A stretch of 64,000 nt of DNA from Cycas panzhihuaensis. Lineage: Eukaryota > Plantae > Cycadophyta. This document shows positions 1 to 14,600 of this stretch, one piece after another. The stretch covers positions 194,749,741-194,813,740 of the forward strand of contig CM041465.1 of NCBI GenBank assembly GCA_023213395.1, written 5' to 3'. The translations under genes and the position numbers were made by a program. The notes under the pieces are model-generated. The model was not told the origin of the DNA, did not search any database, and saw only the letters and a program-made list of their open reading frames with translations. The first letter of the stretch is position 1. Every line of letters starts with the position of its first letter.

Positions 1-3000
1 GCATTCTTCATAAGACTCCAATATCTATCTTGATCGATGGTGGCACGTCACTTAATTTCATTGATATTTTAATAGCCAGATAACTTAACTTATATATTGT
101 CCCAAAAACTAGCTTTACATGTTCTCTACCAGGGTACCAGAAACTCCATTGTGTATATGTTATTAAAAACCTCCAAGTCCAAATTGGCTCATACCTTTTG
201 GTGTCAGACTTCTATGCCTTATCAATAGGAGGATCTGATGCCATCTTAGGGATTCAATGGTTGCAAACACTAGGGACCTATAGCATGAACAACTCACCTA
301 TAAATCCATTCATTACCTTCAAAGACCACATGGGGCGAAATCACAAAATTTACGGAATGCAATCCCCCCTTAACCAAGTGGTCTCTCTGGACGTATGAAA
401 CACCATGTTCAATTTCACCTAGGGTATATAGTCTACCTCAATAATATTCAAATCGAACCACAAATTCATCCATACATCCAGGATGTCATTACCCAATATG
501 AATAAGTATTCACTCCTCTACCTATCACTACCCCTCCCGACCGCGGTTTCTATCATAAAATTGATCTCCAATGTAACCATGACCCCATAAGCCTTCGACC
601 TTACTGTAACTCATACTTCCAAAAGAATGAAATCGAGAAACTCACAAATGAACTCCTCAGCATGGGCATAATCCAACTAAGTAAAAGCCCTTATGCAACC
701 CCAATTGTCTTAGTTCGGAAGAATGATGGCTCCTTTTGCCTCTGTGTTGACTATAGGGAATTAAATAAGATTACCATTAAAAATAAGTTTCCCACCTCTT
801 GCATAGATGACATGCTAGATGAAATCCATGGCGCAACCATCGTTTTTAAGTTAGACCTCCAAACTGGTTACTACCAAATCCTAATTACCCCATAAGATTG
901 TCATAAGATAGTATTTCACACACATCATGGCTATTTTTAATTTCAAGCAATGCCCTTTGGCCTTTGCAATGCCACGACAACCTTCCAAGCTCTCATGAAT
1001 AAAATCTTTGGGCCTTACCTTTGAAAGTTTGTCATAGTTTTCTTTGATGACATTCTTATTTATAGTGCCTGCCTGGATCTCCATATCCAACACTTAGAAA
1101 TTGTTCTCCAAATATTGCAGAACCACCAACTCTATTCAAAACTATCTAAGTGTGAGTTTGGACAATCAGAACTCAAATATTTGGGTCACATCATATCATC
1201 AGAAGGGGTGTGCGTAGACCCCGATAAAATATCAGTCATCACAATGTGGCCAACACCTACCACTCTTACCCAACTACGGGTATTTCTTGGGCTCACAGGG
1301 TTTTATCAATGTTTGTGTGTAACTATGCTACTCTTGCCACCCTATTAACCAACCTCCTTCGTAAAGAGGCTTTTCAATGGTCTCCTAAAGCAGATGCTAC
1401 CTTTTCCTACCTCAAGGTCGTAATGAACTCCACTTCAGTCCTCATCACTCCTGATTTTAACCAACCCTTCCAACTTGAATATGATGCCTCAGGGTTTGGT
1501 TTAGACATAGTCCTAATGCAAGACTCTCATCCCATTACATTTGAAAACTAAAAATTAAAAGATCATGAGCTTTATCTCTCTACATATAAAAAAGAAATGA
1601 AGTCTATTCTCCATGCTATTGATAAATGGTGGAAATATCTCTTAGGCTCTAAGTTCACTATTCTCATAGATCATCGTAGCCTCCATAATTTATTGACCCA
1701 GCCAGTCTTGTCTGAAGAATAAGCTAAGTGGGCTCATCGATTATAAGTCTTTGACTTCTCAATAGCATATAAAAAAATAAAGACAATACAGTGGTAGATG
1801 CCCTTTCACGTCTCCATCCTAACGACAATGTTCCTAACGCAAGCCTCCATGCCATCAGCAACCCCCAACCACTTTGGCTTGATGAACTATGTGTTAAAAA
1901 TCAAGCCCAGCCAGACTATCCTAATTGGAGGGAAAAATTTCTTACCCATAAAGGTTGGTCAACCTTCAGCAATCACCTCCTCTACCACAATCGTATCTTT
2001 GTCCATCCCTCCTCCTCATTCATCCCTAAAATCCTAATAGAATACCACTCGTCCCCCCTTGATGGCCACTCTAGCTTCAATAAGACTTATTGACAGATTC
2101 ACGCAAATTTCTTTTGGCCCCACATGAAAACCACCACATTCACCTTCATATTAGAATGTGACACCTGTTAATGAAATAAAGTAGAGACCAAATCTCTCCT
2201 TGGCCTTCTCCAACCATTAAATATTCCTTAAGGCAAGTGGCAATATATTGCCATGGACTTCATCATAGGCCTACCTCCATCTACCGAGATTGACTCCATT
2301 TGGGTAATCATTGATCGATTAACCAAGTACTCACACTTTCTCCCAGTGCACACCTCATATTCATCCTCCTATCTTGCTGACTTATATGTCCAATTCATAT
2401 TTTGCCTCCATGGCTTCCCATCATTTATCGTTTGCGACCAAGACCTGAAGTTTACTAGCTCCTTTTAGAAAGAACTCTTTAAGGCTATTGGAACCTCATT
2501 TAACATGAGCTTTTCCTACCACCCATAAACAAATGGCCAATCTAAGGTTCTAAACAAAACTTTAAAAACTTATCTATGTTGCTTTGCCTCAGAACACCAA
2601 GCTAAGTAGACCTTATGGCTTGCCCTGGCCGAGTATTGGTATAACTCCTCCCATCATTCTGCCATTGGTATGTCCCCCTTTTTGGCCCTTTATGGCTACC
2701 ACCCACCTTCCCACCATACCCTAGCCATAAACTTTAGAACAGCTTCTGTGCAACAAAAGCTTCAAGAAATGGGTCAAAGCTTGCATGCCCTTCGACAAAA
2801 TTTAGCCACTGCTTGAAATCGAATGAAGCAACTTGCAGACCACCATCAATCCAATCAATCCTTTGATATTGGAGATATAGTATACCTTCACCTCCAACCT
2901 TATAAGCAATAATCACTCAAGTCCTATCAAGGGCATAAACTAAGCCCCCACTACTATGGCCCTTATAAGATCCTGCACAAAATTGGTGAAGTTGCTTATG

Positions 3001-3310
3001 CCCTTGAACTTCCCCCAAACACTAATATCCATAATGCCTTGTACGTGTCCTACCTAAAAAAATACCTTGGAGCTAAAGTTACACCCCACACAACCCTACC
3101 CATTCTCTCTAAAGAGCAAACTCTTACAATTCCTCCTAATAAAATCCTTACCAGTTGCCAGCGCCACCTCCAGAATCATACTATTTTTGAACACTTGGTA
3201 TAATGGGTCGGCTGTGATGCAGATGAAGCTACTTGGGAGCCACACGAGTTCATCCAGTAACATCCTCATCTCCATCACTGCAGGGACTCAACGTTTTAGA
3301 GGGGGGGACT
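1..3310 (+). mobile_element. Ty3/gypsy chromovirus (Reina-like) pol region, decayed; 5' part outside the window
   Basis: Domain order PR-RT-RH-INT-chromodomain. Protease ILIDGGTSLNFID (~27-66); RT SPYATPIVLVRKNDGS..CVDYRELN and VFFDDILIYS (~1037-1066); RNase H LEYDASG; integrase MDFIIGLP..WVIIDRLTKYSHF; YYGPYKILHKIGEVAYALELP (~2950-3015); chromodomain EHLV*WVGCDADEATWE (~3190-3240). Many stops and frameshifts. PPT AGAGGGGGGGA at 3298-3308. Confidence 0.93.
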
Positions 3311-3666
3311 TGTAATATAACCCCACCTTTCCTTAGCAAGCAAGAACCACCAACAAGTAAGGATGAAGGGATTTAGTAACTTATGTGTATGGACTACTGA
3401 GCCATCTAATAAGATGTAAGGCCGCTAGGGCCACCAATACAATCATTAAGGATGAAGACCCTTACTCGTGTATTTAAAGGGTTAAATCACTTGTAATGTT
3501 AATGAGTATGGTATCTTAAAAGGAGAAAGTACTTTGGTATTTATTTTGGTGATTTATTTTCTGTGATTTGCTTGTGCACTCATGTTATTTAACTTCATTT
3601 TTTGTTAATTATCACTCCTATGAGCCTGAATTTCTGAGAAGGAATGGTCCACAATGAGCTATATCA
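3311..3666 (+). repeat. Probable 3' LTR of the chromovirus; right end uncertain
   Basis: Starts TGTAAT two bases after the PPT. The end is a guess at a CA (..GCTATATCA) because no second LTR copy is in the window. Confidence 0.5.
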
Positions 3667-3964
3667 AAATCAAACCTAAGAGGTTGTTATTGTTAAGTTG
3701 TAAGGTACAAAGGTAAGTGAGATTAGTCAGTGCAAACAGAATCATTACTTTTAAATACTAGTTTTGGATATTTAAAATGATTATATTCTTTCCAACTTTG
3801 CATGTAATATAAGAATATTATAAGAAGGGGTCATTATCCTTCCAGCTGGTGGCTAAAAAATAAGGATATAAAACTTCTTTTATAAAGGATAGTAGAATGT
3901 CCACTCTAGAATCATACTACCCAAGAATTAACAAGTAAAAGATATTACTTTTATTGATATTAGT

Positions 3965-4555
3965 GTTTACAATTACCAAGAAGGTCAGGTAAGGCCCCTA
4001 TAATGTATTATTCACTAAGGAGACATGCTACAAAGATAGAAGAGAAACCAAAGAATATGTAATTTGGAGCCCTTAAAGGTCACTAGAACCCTCGTGTTAG
4101 ATTGTTGTAGGAAAGATGGAGTGACTATAGACTAACCATCAAGTCCCCAAAGAAATCAGGAATACAACCTTTGATGCTCACATTACTTGCAAAGAACTTC
4201 ACTAGATTAGCAAACTCTTTGAGGTCTTCCATAATAGACCATAACTCCAAGGGATTATTGTCAAGTGCAATGAACTGCAGGCTTGAGAGCCCATTGAGGA
4301 GGTTAGTAGGTAGCAAAGTGAAGTTGTTGTTTCCTAAATACGTGTCCTAGAGATTAGTCATGCCCTTGAAGATTAATAGTGCTCTTTGAAGCCAATTCTT
4401 TTGGAATCCCAAATGGACCAGGCCAATTAACTAGTTAAAATTCTTAGATAGGCCACTCATATTATGAGTTACAAGCTGGATTCTAATAACATAACCTATC
4501 CCATCATCATAGTTGACATTCTTCCATTTGTTGCTGCACATATTGTTGGGAGAAA
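3965..4555 (-). pseudogene. LRR receptor-like kinase ectodomain fragment, TMK (LRR-IX)-like
   Basis: The minus strand reads CSNKWKNV..VIRIQL..NFN*LIGLVHLGFQKN..YLGNNNFTLLPTNLLNGLSSLQFIALDNNPLELWSI.EDLKEFANLVKFFASNVSIKGCIPDFFG..L*SLHLSYNNL..GALPDL. This matches the N-cap and first LRRs of TMK1/TMK3-type kinases as I recall them. In-frame stops and frameshifts; no TM or kinase domain seen. Confidence 0.8.
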
Positions 4556-4856
4556 ATTTCTTTATTAAGCTTCTTACACTAAAAAATACAACTAGAAATG
4601 AAATTATCATAATATTTTACTAGCAATACATTTGATTCAAATTTGTATTTTATGAGGCATGCATGCTTGGCTCCAAATCTACTACCATGGCACATGAATA
4701 CAATTGAAAGTGGATTGATTTAGTTTAATGCATCCTCATTACATTTGAGTAAAAAACTTCATGCCCCTTTAGTAGGTATAGAGGCATACGATACTCACAC
4801 ATCCCAAGTTTGAGAGGTTCCATCTCGAGAGGGAAGATGGCTGCCTCTCAAAACCT

Positions 4857-5226
4857 TCTCTAATACCAAATTTAATATGCACACACTTGATATTTGAAAG
4901 CTAAAATGAACAAAAAAAAAAAAACTAGTACTAATCTATTGATATATTAAAAATCAAGTGTGTACATATACAACAATATAAAACTATTACATGAGATGGG
5001 AGTATAAAGGGTTGATCATGCAAGGTGACACATGGCACCTTGTATGATCAATTTACAAAGACATTACAAAGAGGTATGAGTAAAAGGGACTCCACACATA
5101 TAGGCTCACAACCTTAAGTTGTAACTAACCCAATTATGATACTAATAGCTTTATAATACACTAGCATAATATTATCACTTTAAACATTAAACATATAACC
5201 CATAAATTAAACATTATATTCCAATA
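4857..5226 (-). repeat. Possible decayed LTR with an adjacent tRNA-Met-type PBS remnant
   Basis: CTCTAATACCA near 4858-4868 (reverse complement TGGTATTAGAG, one mismatch to TGGTATCAGAG) precedes an AT-rich ~350-bp segment that contains an imperfect 21-bp inverted repeat (4875-4895 / 4949-4969). No partner LTR found. Confidence 0.3.
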
Positions 5227-5951
5227 ATCTACTCATAGTTTTGAAGTTTCATATGATAAATAAATTTATGAAGTGCAAAGTACAAAGTGCAAGTTCACAA
5301 AATAGTAAAAATTTGGTGGAGAAGAAAAATTAATAAAGTCCCATAAGGGGAAATGGTTTCTACCTTGCACTCACTTGGGAGTTAAAGAATTAAAGTAATA
5401 AGTTAATTCATGAAGTGCAAAGTCATAAAATTATGGTTAGAAATCAAAAGTCTCTACACTCCACACCTCACATATTAGCTTAATGCATTTTAAGAAAACG
5501 TAAAGGTTGAAGACACAAAGTGTGGAGTATTAAAGTAATTTAACGTGTTATAAGATGTGTATCCCATCATATGCTTCCACACTTTATAGTTTCTCTTGTA
5601 AGCATTAAATACAAGGATAAACAAAAATATACAAAGTGTAAAAGGAATAAAGAAATGAAATATGCACCTCATCATATATCTTTGTATTTTTTAAACTTTT
5701 AAAGATGCCACAAAATATTAAATTAATAATGAGATTTTCAAAGTGCTTAATGTAGAGTGAGTAACTAATTTGGTAGGCATTTATTATAAAAACATGTGAG
5801 TAGATACAAAATAAGACAATCACTTCATGGGTTTTCTTATAAGAGAAACTAAGTTTGCATTGAAATTTAAAAGCTAGAGCAAAAGAGAATGAAGAGATTG
5901 TAATCATTAAATTGATGAAAAATTAATTCGTATTATGTCACTTGCAACACA

Positions 5952-8190
5952 TGTTTATAACTCCTTTAAAGTCTCTAATGTAATCACCTTTCAAACACAT
6001 GGTTTAAATTTTTCCCAAAGGATAATAATTCAATCCTTGATTTATGGATATAATCAAGGAGTTAAGGAAGTTACATGTGAATAAATAATCCTTTTATTAG
6101 TTAACCCAACTTAAAATGCATTATAAGCATTACACTTTATTAATAAAATACATATTACTTTAACACCCCCTCATAATATGTAATTCATTATCTTTTATAA
6201 GCAAGAGCTTCTTGAGCCTCTCACATTTCTCATAGCTTAAAGATTTAGTGACAATATTTGTAAGTTGATCCTCTATTAGACAGTATAGCAATTCAACTAT
6301 TTTGCTCTGCACCTATTCTCAAATGAAATGATAATGTATCTCCACATGCTTTTTTATGGTATGAAATACTAGATTATTTGATAATTGGATTGTACTTTGA
6401 TTATTATAAAATAGTGTAGGTTCATCCTAAAAGAACTCAAAGTATTCAAGTAACCTCCTAGACCAAATTACCTCGTATATAGCTATAACTATAACTTTAT
6501 ATTCTACTTATGTAGAAGATAATGATATGATGACCTATATTTTACTACACTAGGAAATCAAACCAAAATAAGATGTAAATAGAAATTTTGTCATTGATCT
6601 TCGATCATCAATATCTCTAGCCCAATTTGAGTTAGTATAACCATGCATCTTAAACTCATCAAACCTTGAGAATAAAAATTAAAATCTAATAGTGCATTTG
6701 ACATACCTAAGTATGTACTTTATTTCCTTTCAATAAGAAATGGATGAAACACTCATAAAACAAGTTATAATACCAACAACATAACTAATATCAGGCCTAG
6801 TATTAGTGAGAAAAATGGGGATTCCTACTAATTGCATATATAATGTGCCATCAATAGTCTTATCATTTGCCTCTTTAGATAAATTGAGGCTAACATACAT
6901 AGGTGTAACCATTGACTAACAATCCTCCATATGGAATGTTTTAACAAACTATATGCATACTTGGACTATGAAATAAATATGTTATCTTCATTCTACCAGA
7001 ACTGTAAACCAAGGTAGTAATGTAGAATACCATGATCAGACATCTCAAAGACTTTAGAAAGGTATTTTTTAAGATATTCTATTTGAGAAGCATTGCTCTC
7101 AGTGAAAATAAGATCATCAACATAGAGAACAACAATAAGTATTTTATCATTCTCATGTTCGATGTATAATTTGTGATTTGATTTATAATGAATGAACTAA
7201 TAAGTGATTAATCATTTATTAATATGAGTATACCATACTCTTGGTACTTGTCTAAGCCCATATAAAGCTTTCTTTAACCTATATATAAGTCATTCTTAGC
7301 TAGTTTGTATAAAGCCTTCAGGTTGCTACATATAAACGTCTTCATTAAGAATGCCATGAAGAAATGCACTTTTGACACCTATTTGATGGAGTTCCCAACC
7401 AAATTGAGATGCAAAAGTAATCAACATTTAGATGGTGGTTATTTTTACCATAATTCCAAAGGTTTCTTTAAAATCTACACCTTCAGTCTAAGTATAATCT
7501 TTAGCTACAAGTCAAGCCTTGTATCTATGGATATCACCATTTGATCGATACTTCACATTGTATATCCATTTACAACCAATTACTTTCTTCCTAGGTGGAA
7601 GTTCAATAAAATCCCAAGTATTATTCTTCAAAATGGAGTTAAATTCCTCCTACATATCTAACTTCTAATAAGGTGCATCTTTGGCTTCAATAAAAGATTT
7701 AGGTTCATCTATGTTTAGGACATTAGACATTATGACAAAATTTATCTTGATGCATGTCTATATACATGAATTAGTGTCAATATCATTTATTTTAGAATCT
7801 TTTATAGTTTGAGTATAATATTTGGTTAATTTTGAAGAAGAAGTTGAGATATCTATAGGTAAATTTGACACTCTCTTCTTTCTTCACAATGGTTTCACTC
7901 TTCACTTTTGTTCTTTCAACATCAACATTTATAACAAGAATTGAATCCTTATTGGACTTAGAAAAGAGCACATACCTACTATTTACAATCTTCGTTTCTA
8001 AAGGATTCCAGAGTCTATAAGCTTTGGATGACTTGCTATATCCTACAAGAATACATTGACTTTTATCATTGAGTTTTTGTTGCTTTTCATTAAGCATGTG
8101 AATATAAGAAATACATCCAAGGCCACAAAAATTATAAATAAAGAGTTATCTTCCTTTGCAAGCCTCTTTAGGAGTAAATCTATTTATGAC
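5952..8190 (-). mobile_element. Ty1/copia pol fragment (INT C-terminus, RT, RNase H) with PPT and short 3' LTR; 5'-truncated
   Basis: KLNDKSQCILVGYSKSSKAYRLWNP (INT C-term); RT VVLYVDDLIF near 7110-7135; TRPDISYVVG; RNase H KHVEIHYHFI. PPT TGAGGGGG at 6166-6173 abuts TGTTAAA at 6165. The LTR left end (5952) is tentative. Confidence 0.85.
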
Positions 8191-8460
8191 CATTATGAAA
8201 AATAAAGTAATGCCTGAAAAAAATGGATGATAAAATTACATACCTTATTAAAATAAAATATTAATTTCATAAGTAGAATGCCAAGAAATTAACATAAAAT
8301 TTTATATGACAATAATAAAATTTACCATAATAAAATTAAAATTTGCAATATAGATGATATAAAATGTGTTTCACAATGAACATTAAAATTTTTATAAAAA
8401 AATAGATGAAGATAAAGTGCTTAAAATAAATTGGTATTTTGCATAAACAATAATAAAAAT

Positions 8461-11030
8461 TAATAAAAGTAAGTGGGGAAAGGGAATAAGAGATAATGTT
8501 GTAAAGTACAAAAAGATATAACACCAATTCTTAGCCCTCTTTCTTGTAGAAAAGATTCTCATGCAAATTGCTTGTATAGTAAGATAGCCTGATTAATATT
8601 ACTTTAATTAAAAATAGAAATTTTGTTGCTTACAAGTTTATGGTATAAATATACAAGTGATTTTAAAATAAAAAGATGACCATCACATAGGGTGCCATGT
8701 TCATGCACTCAAATTTAGGCTAGTTGGATTAATAATATATGTTAAGATTTGATAAAAACTTAATAGAAATATATTTTAATGGTTATTTGATGGTCTTGTA
8801 CTGTTTGATATAATAATTCACTAATGATTTGGCAATTAAATGTTGTAAAAAAATATAAAATAAGAGATTTTACATGCTAACCCCTTTAAGGCTTTAAAAC
8901 ATGGTCATGTAGAGATGAAATAGGACTAGGAATATAAATCAGTGTGTTTCACATAGCAATTGTAAGGAACTTAATTAAACTTCAACCTTAGAAAAGTAAA
9001 GATGAAATAAAAAAAACTAAAACAAATATTTTTTAGTTTATGTTTCAAATGTTTTCATGGCCATCGTGTTCTAAATCAAATTAGGATGCTTATGGGAAGG
9101 ATTTTCCAGTAGATTTCACATTATAAATATCGATCTACATACCTCCTACATAAACACATATCCTACAATAAAAAATAATTCACAAAAATATATTTTTATA
9201 AAGAATAATGTCCTATGGGTTTGAACTGCCATTAGTTTACTTGCATACAAAGAATTATAATTCATAAAAAAAAAATATTTCATAAATATATTTAACTACT
9301 AAAGGGTTTGAGGACCTATGAACATAGATTAAAAGCAAATAATCAATAGAAAATGTAGAAATTAAAGTACCCAAATAACCATTGCCTTTATTTTTCTTTA
9401 AAATATTAAACTTGGCCCTAAGAATGCATGATTAATATATGCTCTATTTATTACCAAATCTAGATAAATTTGCTATACATATCAAAAAATTATAAAATAG
9501 AGTATGTAACATCTTGTGATAGCTAAAAAGATAAATTTATCAATGAGAATGAATGCCCAATGTAATTTAGAGGTATCTAATAATGAAAAGCATAGAAAAT
9601 AGCCTTCTCTAAAAACTCACAAGAAAGTATTTAGATTTTCTAATAAAAATAATTATATTACATGTTTAAACTATGTTATTTAATATAAAATAGTAAATAA
9701 TGATAATAATCATAATATAAGAAAGACCCCCCCCACCCCCCCTAATAAAAGTAAGTGGGGAAAGGGAATAAGAGATAATGTTGTAAAGTACAAAAAGATA
9801 TAACACCAATTCTTAACCCTCTTTCTTATAGAAAAGACTCTCATCCAGATTGCCTATATAGTAAAATAGCCTAATTAATATTCCTTTAATAAAAATAGAA
9901 ATTTTGTTGCTTACAAGTTTATGGTATAAATATACAAGTTATTTTGAAATAAAAAGATGACCATCACATAGGGTGCCATGTTTATGCACTCAAATTTAGG
10001 CTAGTTGGATTAATAATATATGTTAAGATTTAATAAAAACTTAATAGAAATATGTTTTAATGGTTACTTGATGGTCTTGTAGTGTTTGATATAATAATTC
10101 ACTAATGATTTGGCAAATAAATGTTGTAAAAAAATATAAATAAGAGATTTTACATGCTAACCCCTTTTAGGCTTTAAAACATGGTCATGTAGAGATGAAA
10201 TAGGACTAGGAATATAAATCACTAAGGGGTGTGTTTCACATAGCAATTGTAAGGAACTTAATTAAACTTCAACCTTAGAAAAGTAAATATAAAATTTAAA
10301 AAAATAAAACAAATATTTTTTAGTTTATGTTTCAAATGTTTTCATGGCCATCGTGTTCTAAATCAAATTAGGATGCTTATGGGATGGATTTTCCAGTAGA
10401 TTTCACATTATAAATATCGATCTACATACCTCCTACATAAACACATATCCTATAATAAAAAATAATTCACAAAAATAGTTTTTTATAAAGAATAATGTCC
10501 TATGGGTTTGAACTGCCATTAGTTTACTTGCATACAAAGAGTTATAATTCATAAAAAAAAAATATTTCATAAATATATTTGACTAGTAAAGGGTTTGAAA
10601 ACCTATGGGCATAGATTAAAAGTAAATAATCAATAGAAAATGTAGAAATTAAAGTACCTAAATAACCATTGGCTTTATTTTTCTTTAAAATATTAAACTT
10701 GGCCCTAAGAATGCATGATTAATATATGTTCTATTTATTACCAAATCTAGATAAATTTGCTATACATATCAAAAAATTATAAAATAGAGTATGTAACATC
10801 TTGTGATAGCTAAAAAGATAAATTTATCAATGAAAATGAATGCCCAATATAATTTAGAGATATCTAATAATGAAAAAGTATAGAAAACAACCTTCTCTAA
10901 AAACTCACAAGAAAGCATTTAGATTTTTTAATAAAAACAATTATATTACACGTTTAAACTATGTTTTTTAATATAAAATAGTAAATAATGATAATAATCA
11001 TAATATAAGAAAGACCAACCCCCGCCCTCG
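8461..11030. repeat. Head-to-tail tandem duplication, unit ~1.28 kb (8461-9742 and 9743-~11030)
   Basis: Both copies start TAATAAAAGTAAGTGGGGAAAGGGAATAAG and end ..TAATATAAGAAAGACC plus a C-rich tract. Offset is 1280-1287 throughout, with scattered substitutions and a 7-bp insertion (CTAAGGG) near 10222. Confidence 0.95.
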
Positions 11031-11699
11031 CTTAAATATGAGATTTGATATAACTCTAGTTACATATTCTCATTTATAATTTTTAGCACCTTGGCATTCT
11101 TTACTTCTCCAATTCTTCATATTTTAGCTAGTAGTTATTTTAAAAATTATGTTACTATTCAAAAATTACCATGTAAAAATCATGGTAATGCTTTAGTCCC
11201 ATTTGAGAAATTCAGCATGCATAATGAATAACAAAACAACTAAATGAGATAAGATTTCTAGTAGGGTGGTGGTGTTAATAAACACTATATTACTAAAATT
11301 CTTTAATATATAGATTTATAGGACCATAACCACTCATACTTTGATAATATTAATAAAGCAAACTTACCTATATATAAGCATGTATGCCACTTACTAACTT
11401 GAAAAATAACACACAATAAAAAGTTAATCAAATATGGAAATATAGAGTCAAGTGAGAATTAAAAAGAAACATCACCTTTCTAATAATATCTCTAAGGTAC
11501 TTCACTTCTTTCATTCCAAAAGTGCAATTTAATTTCTTATCAAAAAATCTTTATTCTCTTAGTGTGTTTGGGGTGTGATTTGCATGGGTCAAATGATTTT
11601 TTCATCCATTACTATATGTTAGTATATCATCAAAGAAGACTAATATGAATTTTCATAGAAATAGAGATAGAAACTTGTTCATTGCTATTTGAAATGTAG

Positions 11700-14600
11700 C
11701 ATAGGCATTTATAAAGGTAAAGGGTATAACCTTGAATTCCTAATGGCCATGTTTTATGTAGAAAGTAGTTTTATGAGTGTCTTCTAACTTTATCTAGATT
11801 TGGTAATAATTAGAGTATAGATTAATCTTTATAAAGTACTCATCTTAATGCAACTCATTTAAATACTCATTAATATTGGGTACTGGGGATTTGCTCTTTA
11901 TCATAAGCTTAATTAAGACTTGATAGTTTACATATATGTGGAATGCCCTATCCTTTCCTTTATATTGACTAGAACTATTGAAGTAGAGAAAGGACTTTTG
12001 TTTAGAACTATTAGCCCTAAATCTAGAAGCTCTTATATAATTCTTTCACTTTTATGTTGATAGTAATGTGGGTGTTTATATGGTCTAATTATAGTTGGGT
12101 TGGTTCTATATTCCAACTCAATCATGTGTTCCATACCTTAAATTAAAGGTAATTTAAAGGGAAGTTTTTTGAAAACTTCCTTGTATTTTTTAAGGATTAC
12201 TCATAATTATGTAATTATGAGCTCTTAGTATTATCCTTAATTTCCACTTGTAATTTAAATAGTTGGGCTACTACTCTCGGTTACCCTTTCCTCATTATTT
12301 TTTTTATTTGTTTAATGGATATGACTTATGTTTTCAAAGGTTGTAGCCCTTGTGAGATAATAAACCTTCCAACTTGATAGTATCTTATAAACAATTCATC
12401 ACAATTCATCTTAAATATCCTAATTAACCTTAACCATTGACTTTTGAGGACAACATCAACACCTATGTTTATTACATAAACAGTTTTCATAATGATTATA
12501 TCTTCTACAAGAAGCATAGGATTTCCAAGTATGCCTTAGCCTAGAATGACCTACCTACCACTAAATTACACTTGAAAATCAAAGCATCCTTGATGGAAAA
12601 AGCCTCAAGTGTTATGAATTTCTTGACAAAATTATACGTATTTATAGGATCAACTAAAATGGTAACATGTAATATCTATTATAATAGAGAAAGAAATTTA
12701 GGGTGTGTTATCCTCTAAATTGATCATCTCTTTTTACACCATATTTGGTTTTGCTTTGTGATTTCTATTTATCTCATTACCATCTACTTGATTTAATTTA
12801 ATATTGAAGAATTAATTATTAATATATTTATGCCTCAATCCTCTATTCTTATCACATATAAATAAATTAGACTCTTTCCTTTAAAGCTCATGTTTATTTA
12901 CCTTGGATCTTTGTTATAATGGTTTAGTCTATCTGTTAGCTATAACTACCTATAGGCTTCCTTGTATAAATAGGGGAGCATACACTTCTAACTTGAGAGT
13001 TGATCTTATCCTTGCATAAGTAGGTTAACTTTACTACTTTATTCAACTCTTGGGAAATCTTTATTTTGAAGCTAACTTGAATTTCCATAAATATCCCATA
13101 TATATATAATTAGATTAACTAGCTATAAATAATGTCTTCTATTATATATGCAAGTGTAGTGAGGATCTTATTATACTCTTCTACTAACCTTAAAAACTTT
13201 AATATTATTAGCTTGTAATAATAGTATTAGTTTATATTCATCTTAAACTTCTCAATAAATAATGCTAAAAACCCTTTCTAGAATAGTAACTTTTTTTGTC
13301 CTTGGTTTTTTAAGGCTTTATTACCATTTGCATGTAATACAATTTATGTGTAATGCTCTAGTTGTATTTATTCATCTTCTTTAACCTCCATAAGCTAAAA
13401 ATACTATTATATTTATTAAATCTATACCTTGGTCTCATAAGACTTTTACTCCATTCCATATCATTAAATCATAAATTTTCCCAATTGTTAAAATTAGGAT
13501 ATAAGCAAAGACAATTATGATGCCACTTATAAGACATAAATACCTAATATAGGTCCATGATCATATAAGACTATGAAATATAAGACATATATATGAAATG
13601 ATTAAAGAATAATATGTACAAACATGTAACACAATATACTTGTGGGAGATGACTACTTCCAATTGTATTATGTTAAACTAATATACATTTATCATACATA
13701 TCATCATCCAGCTATCTAATCATAATCTAAGAGCCACTTGGTCAACCAATATCTCATTATATGAAGAAGTGTGCATACTATGACCCCTTAGTACACATCA
13801 AAGGGGTAATTATAATAATTTAATATTCCCATAGGCTAACATTACCCAATATTCCTCCTTAATGTCTAATCCATGTCACATAATTGCTTTAAATATGATG
13901 TTGGGTCTATATAAAAGTCAAACATATACTAGAACACGTGTTACTAGTCATTGTACCTACTAGTCCTTTAAATGAGCTTTACATACATGGTTCATTAAGG
14001 TTTACTTGCTAAGCAAGCTTCATCTAGTCCCGTTTTGCTTATTTCCAGTTCTTCTAGTTGAGGTTATACCTCTAACAGAAAAAATGAGCTAAAAACCCTC
14101 AGCCCCATCTACTGCACTGTGAAACAAACTTTCAAAAATGGTTATTTGACTAGAAACACATGACAAAACATCTCTTTCTTTAAGCACATACTCCATTTTA
14201 ATACCCTTTCAAACCAAAGCCTAAACTTCATACCATTAAAACTACCTTGAAAAATCTTTAAGGTATATTATATGACCACTTGTTGGAAAGCTCCACAAGT
14301 CAACTTTGTAATATAATTGATAGTACTCAATTTTGATGTTGTATGAGAGAGATTTAATCATTCTTATGTGCATAGGTAACCTTTTAGGTGACAAAGTCAA
14401 AAAGTAAAATAATAAATAAATTATATATATATAAAAAAAAAACCTTTCAATTGGCCCCTTGGTGATATAAAAACACCTATGTGACCATACCAAGGGCCAT
14501 GTTTATAATGTTTAGAAATTTTAGATTTGATAAAATACCTTTTTTATTGAAATTCTTTAATGTGTAACTTGTGTGTCTCCCACAAGGGTATTTCAATGCC

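Noticed and set aside
5490-5907. Hydrophobic F/I/L/Y-rich ORFs (also 8336-8527, 14242-14493, 26909-27193, 59711-59914, 60350-60577)
   Set aside because: Compositional artefacts of AT-rich non-coding DNA; several lie within LTRs or leaders.
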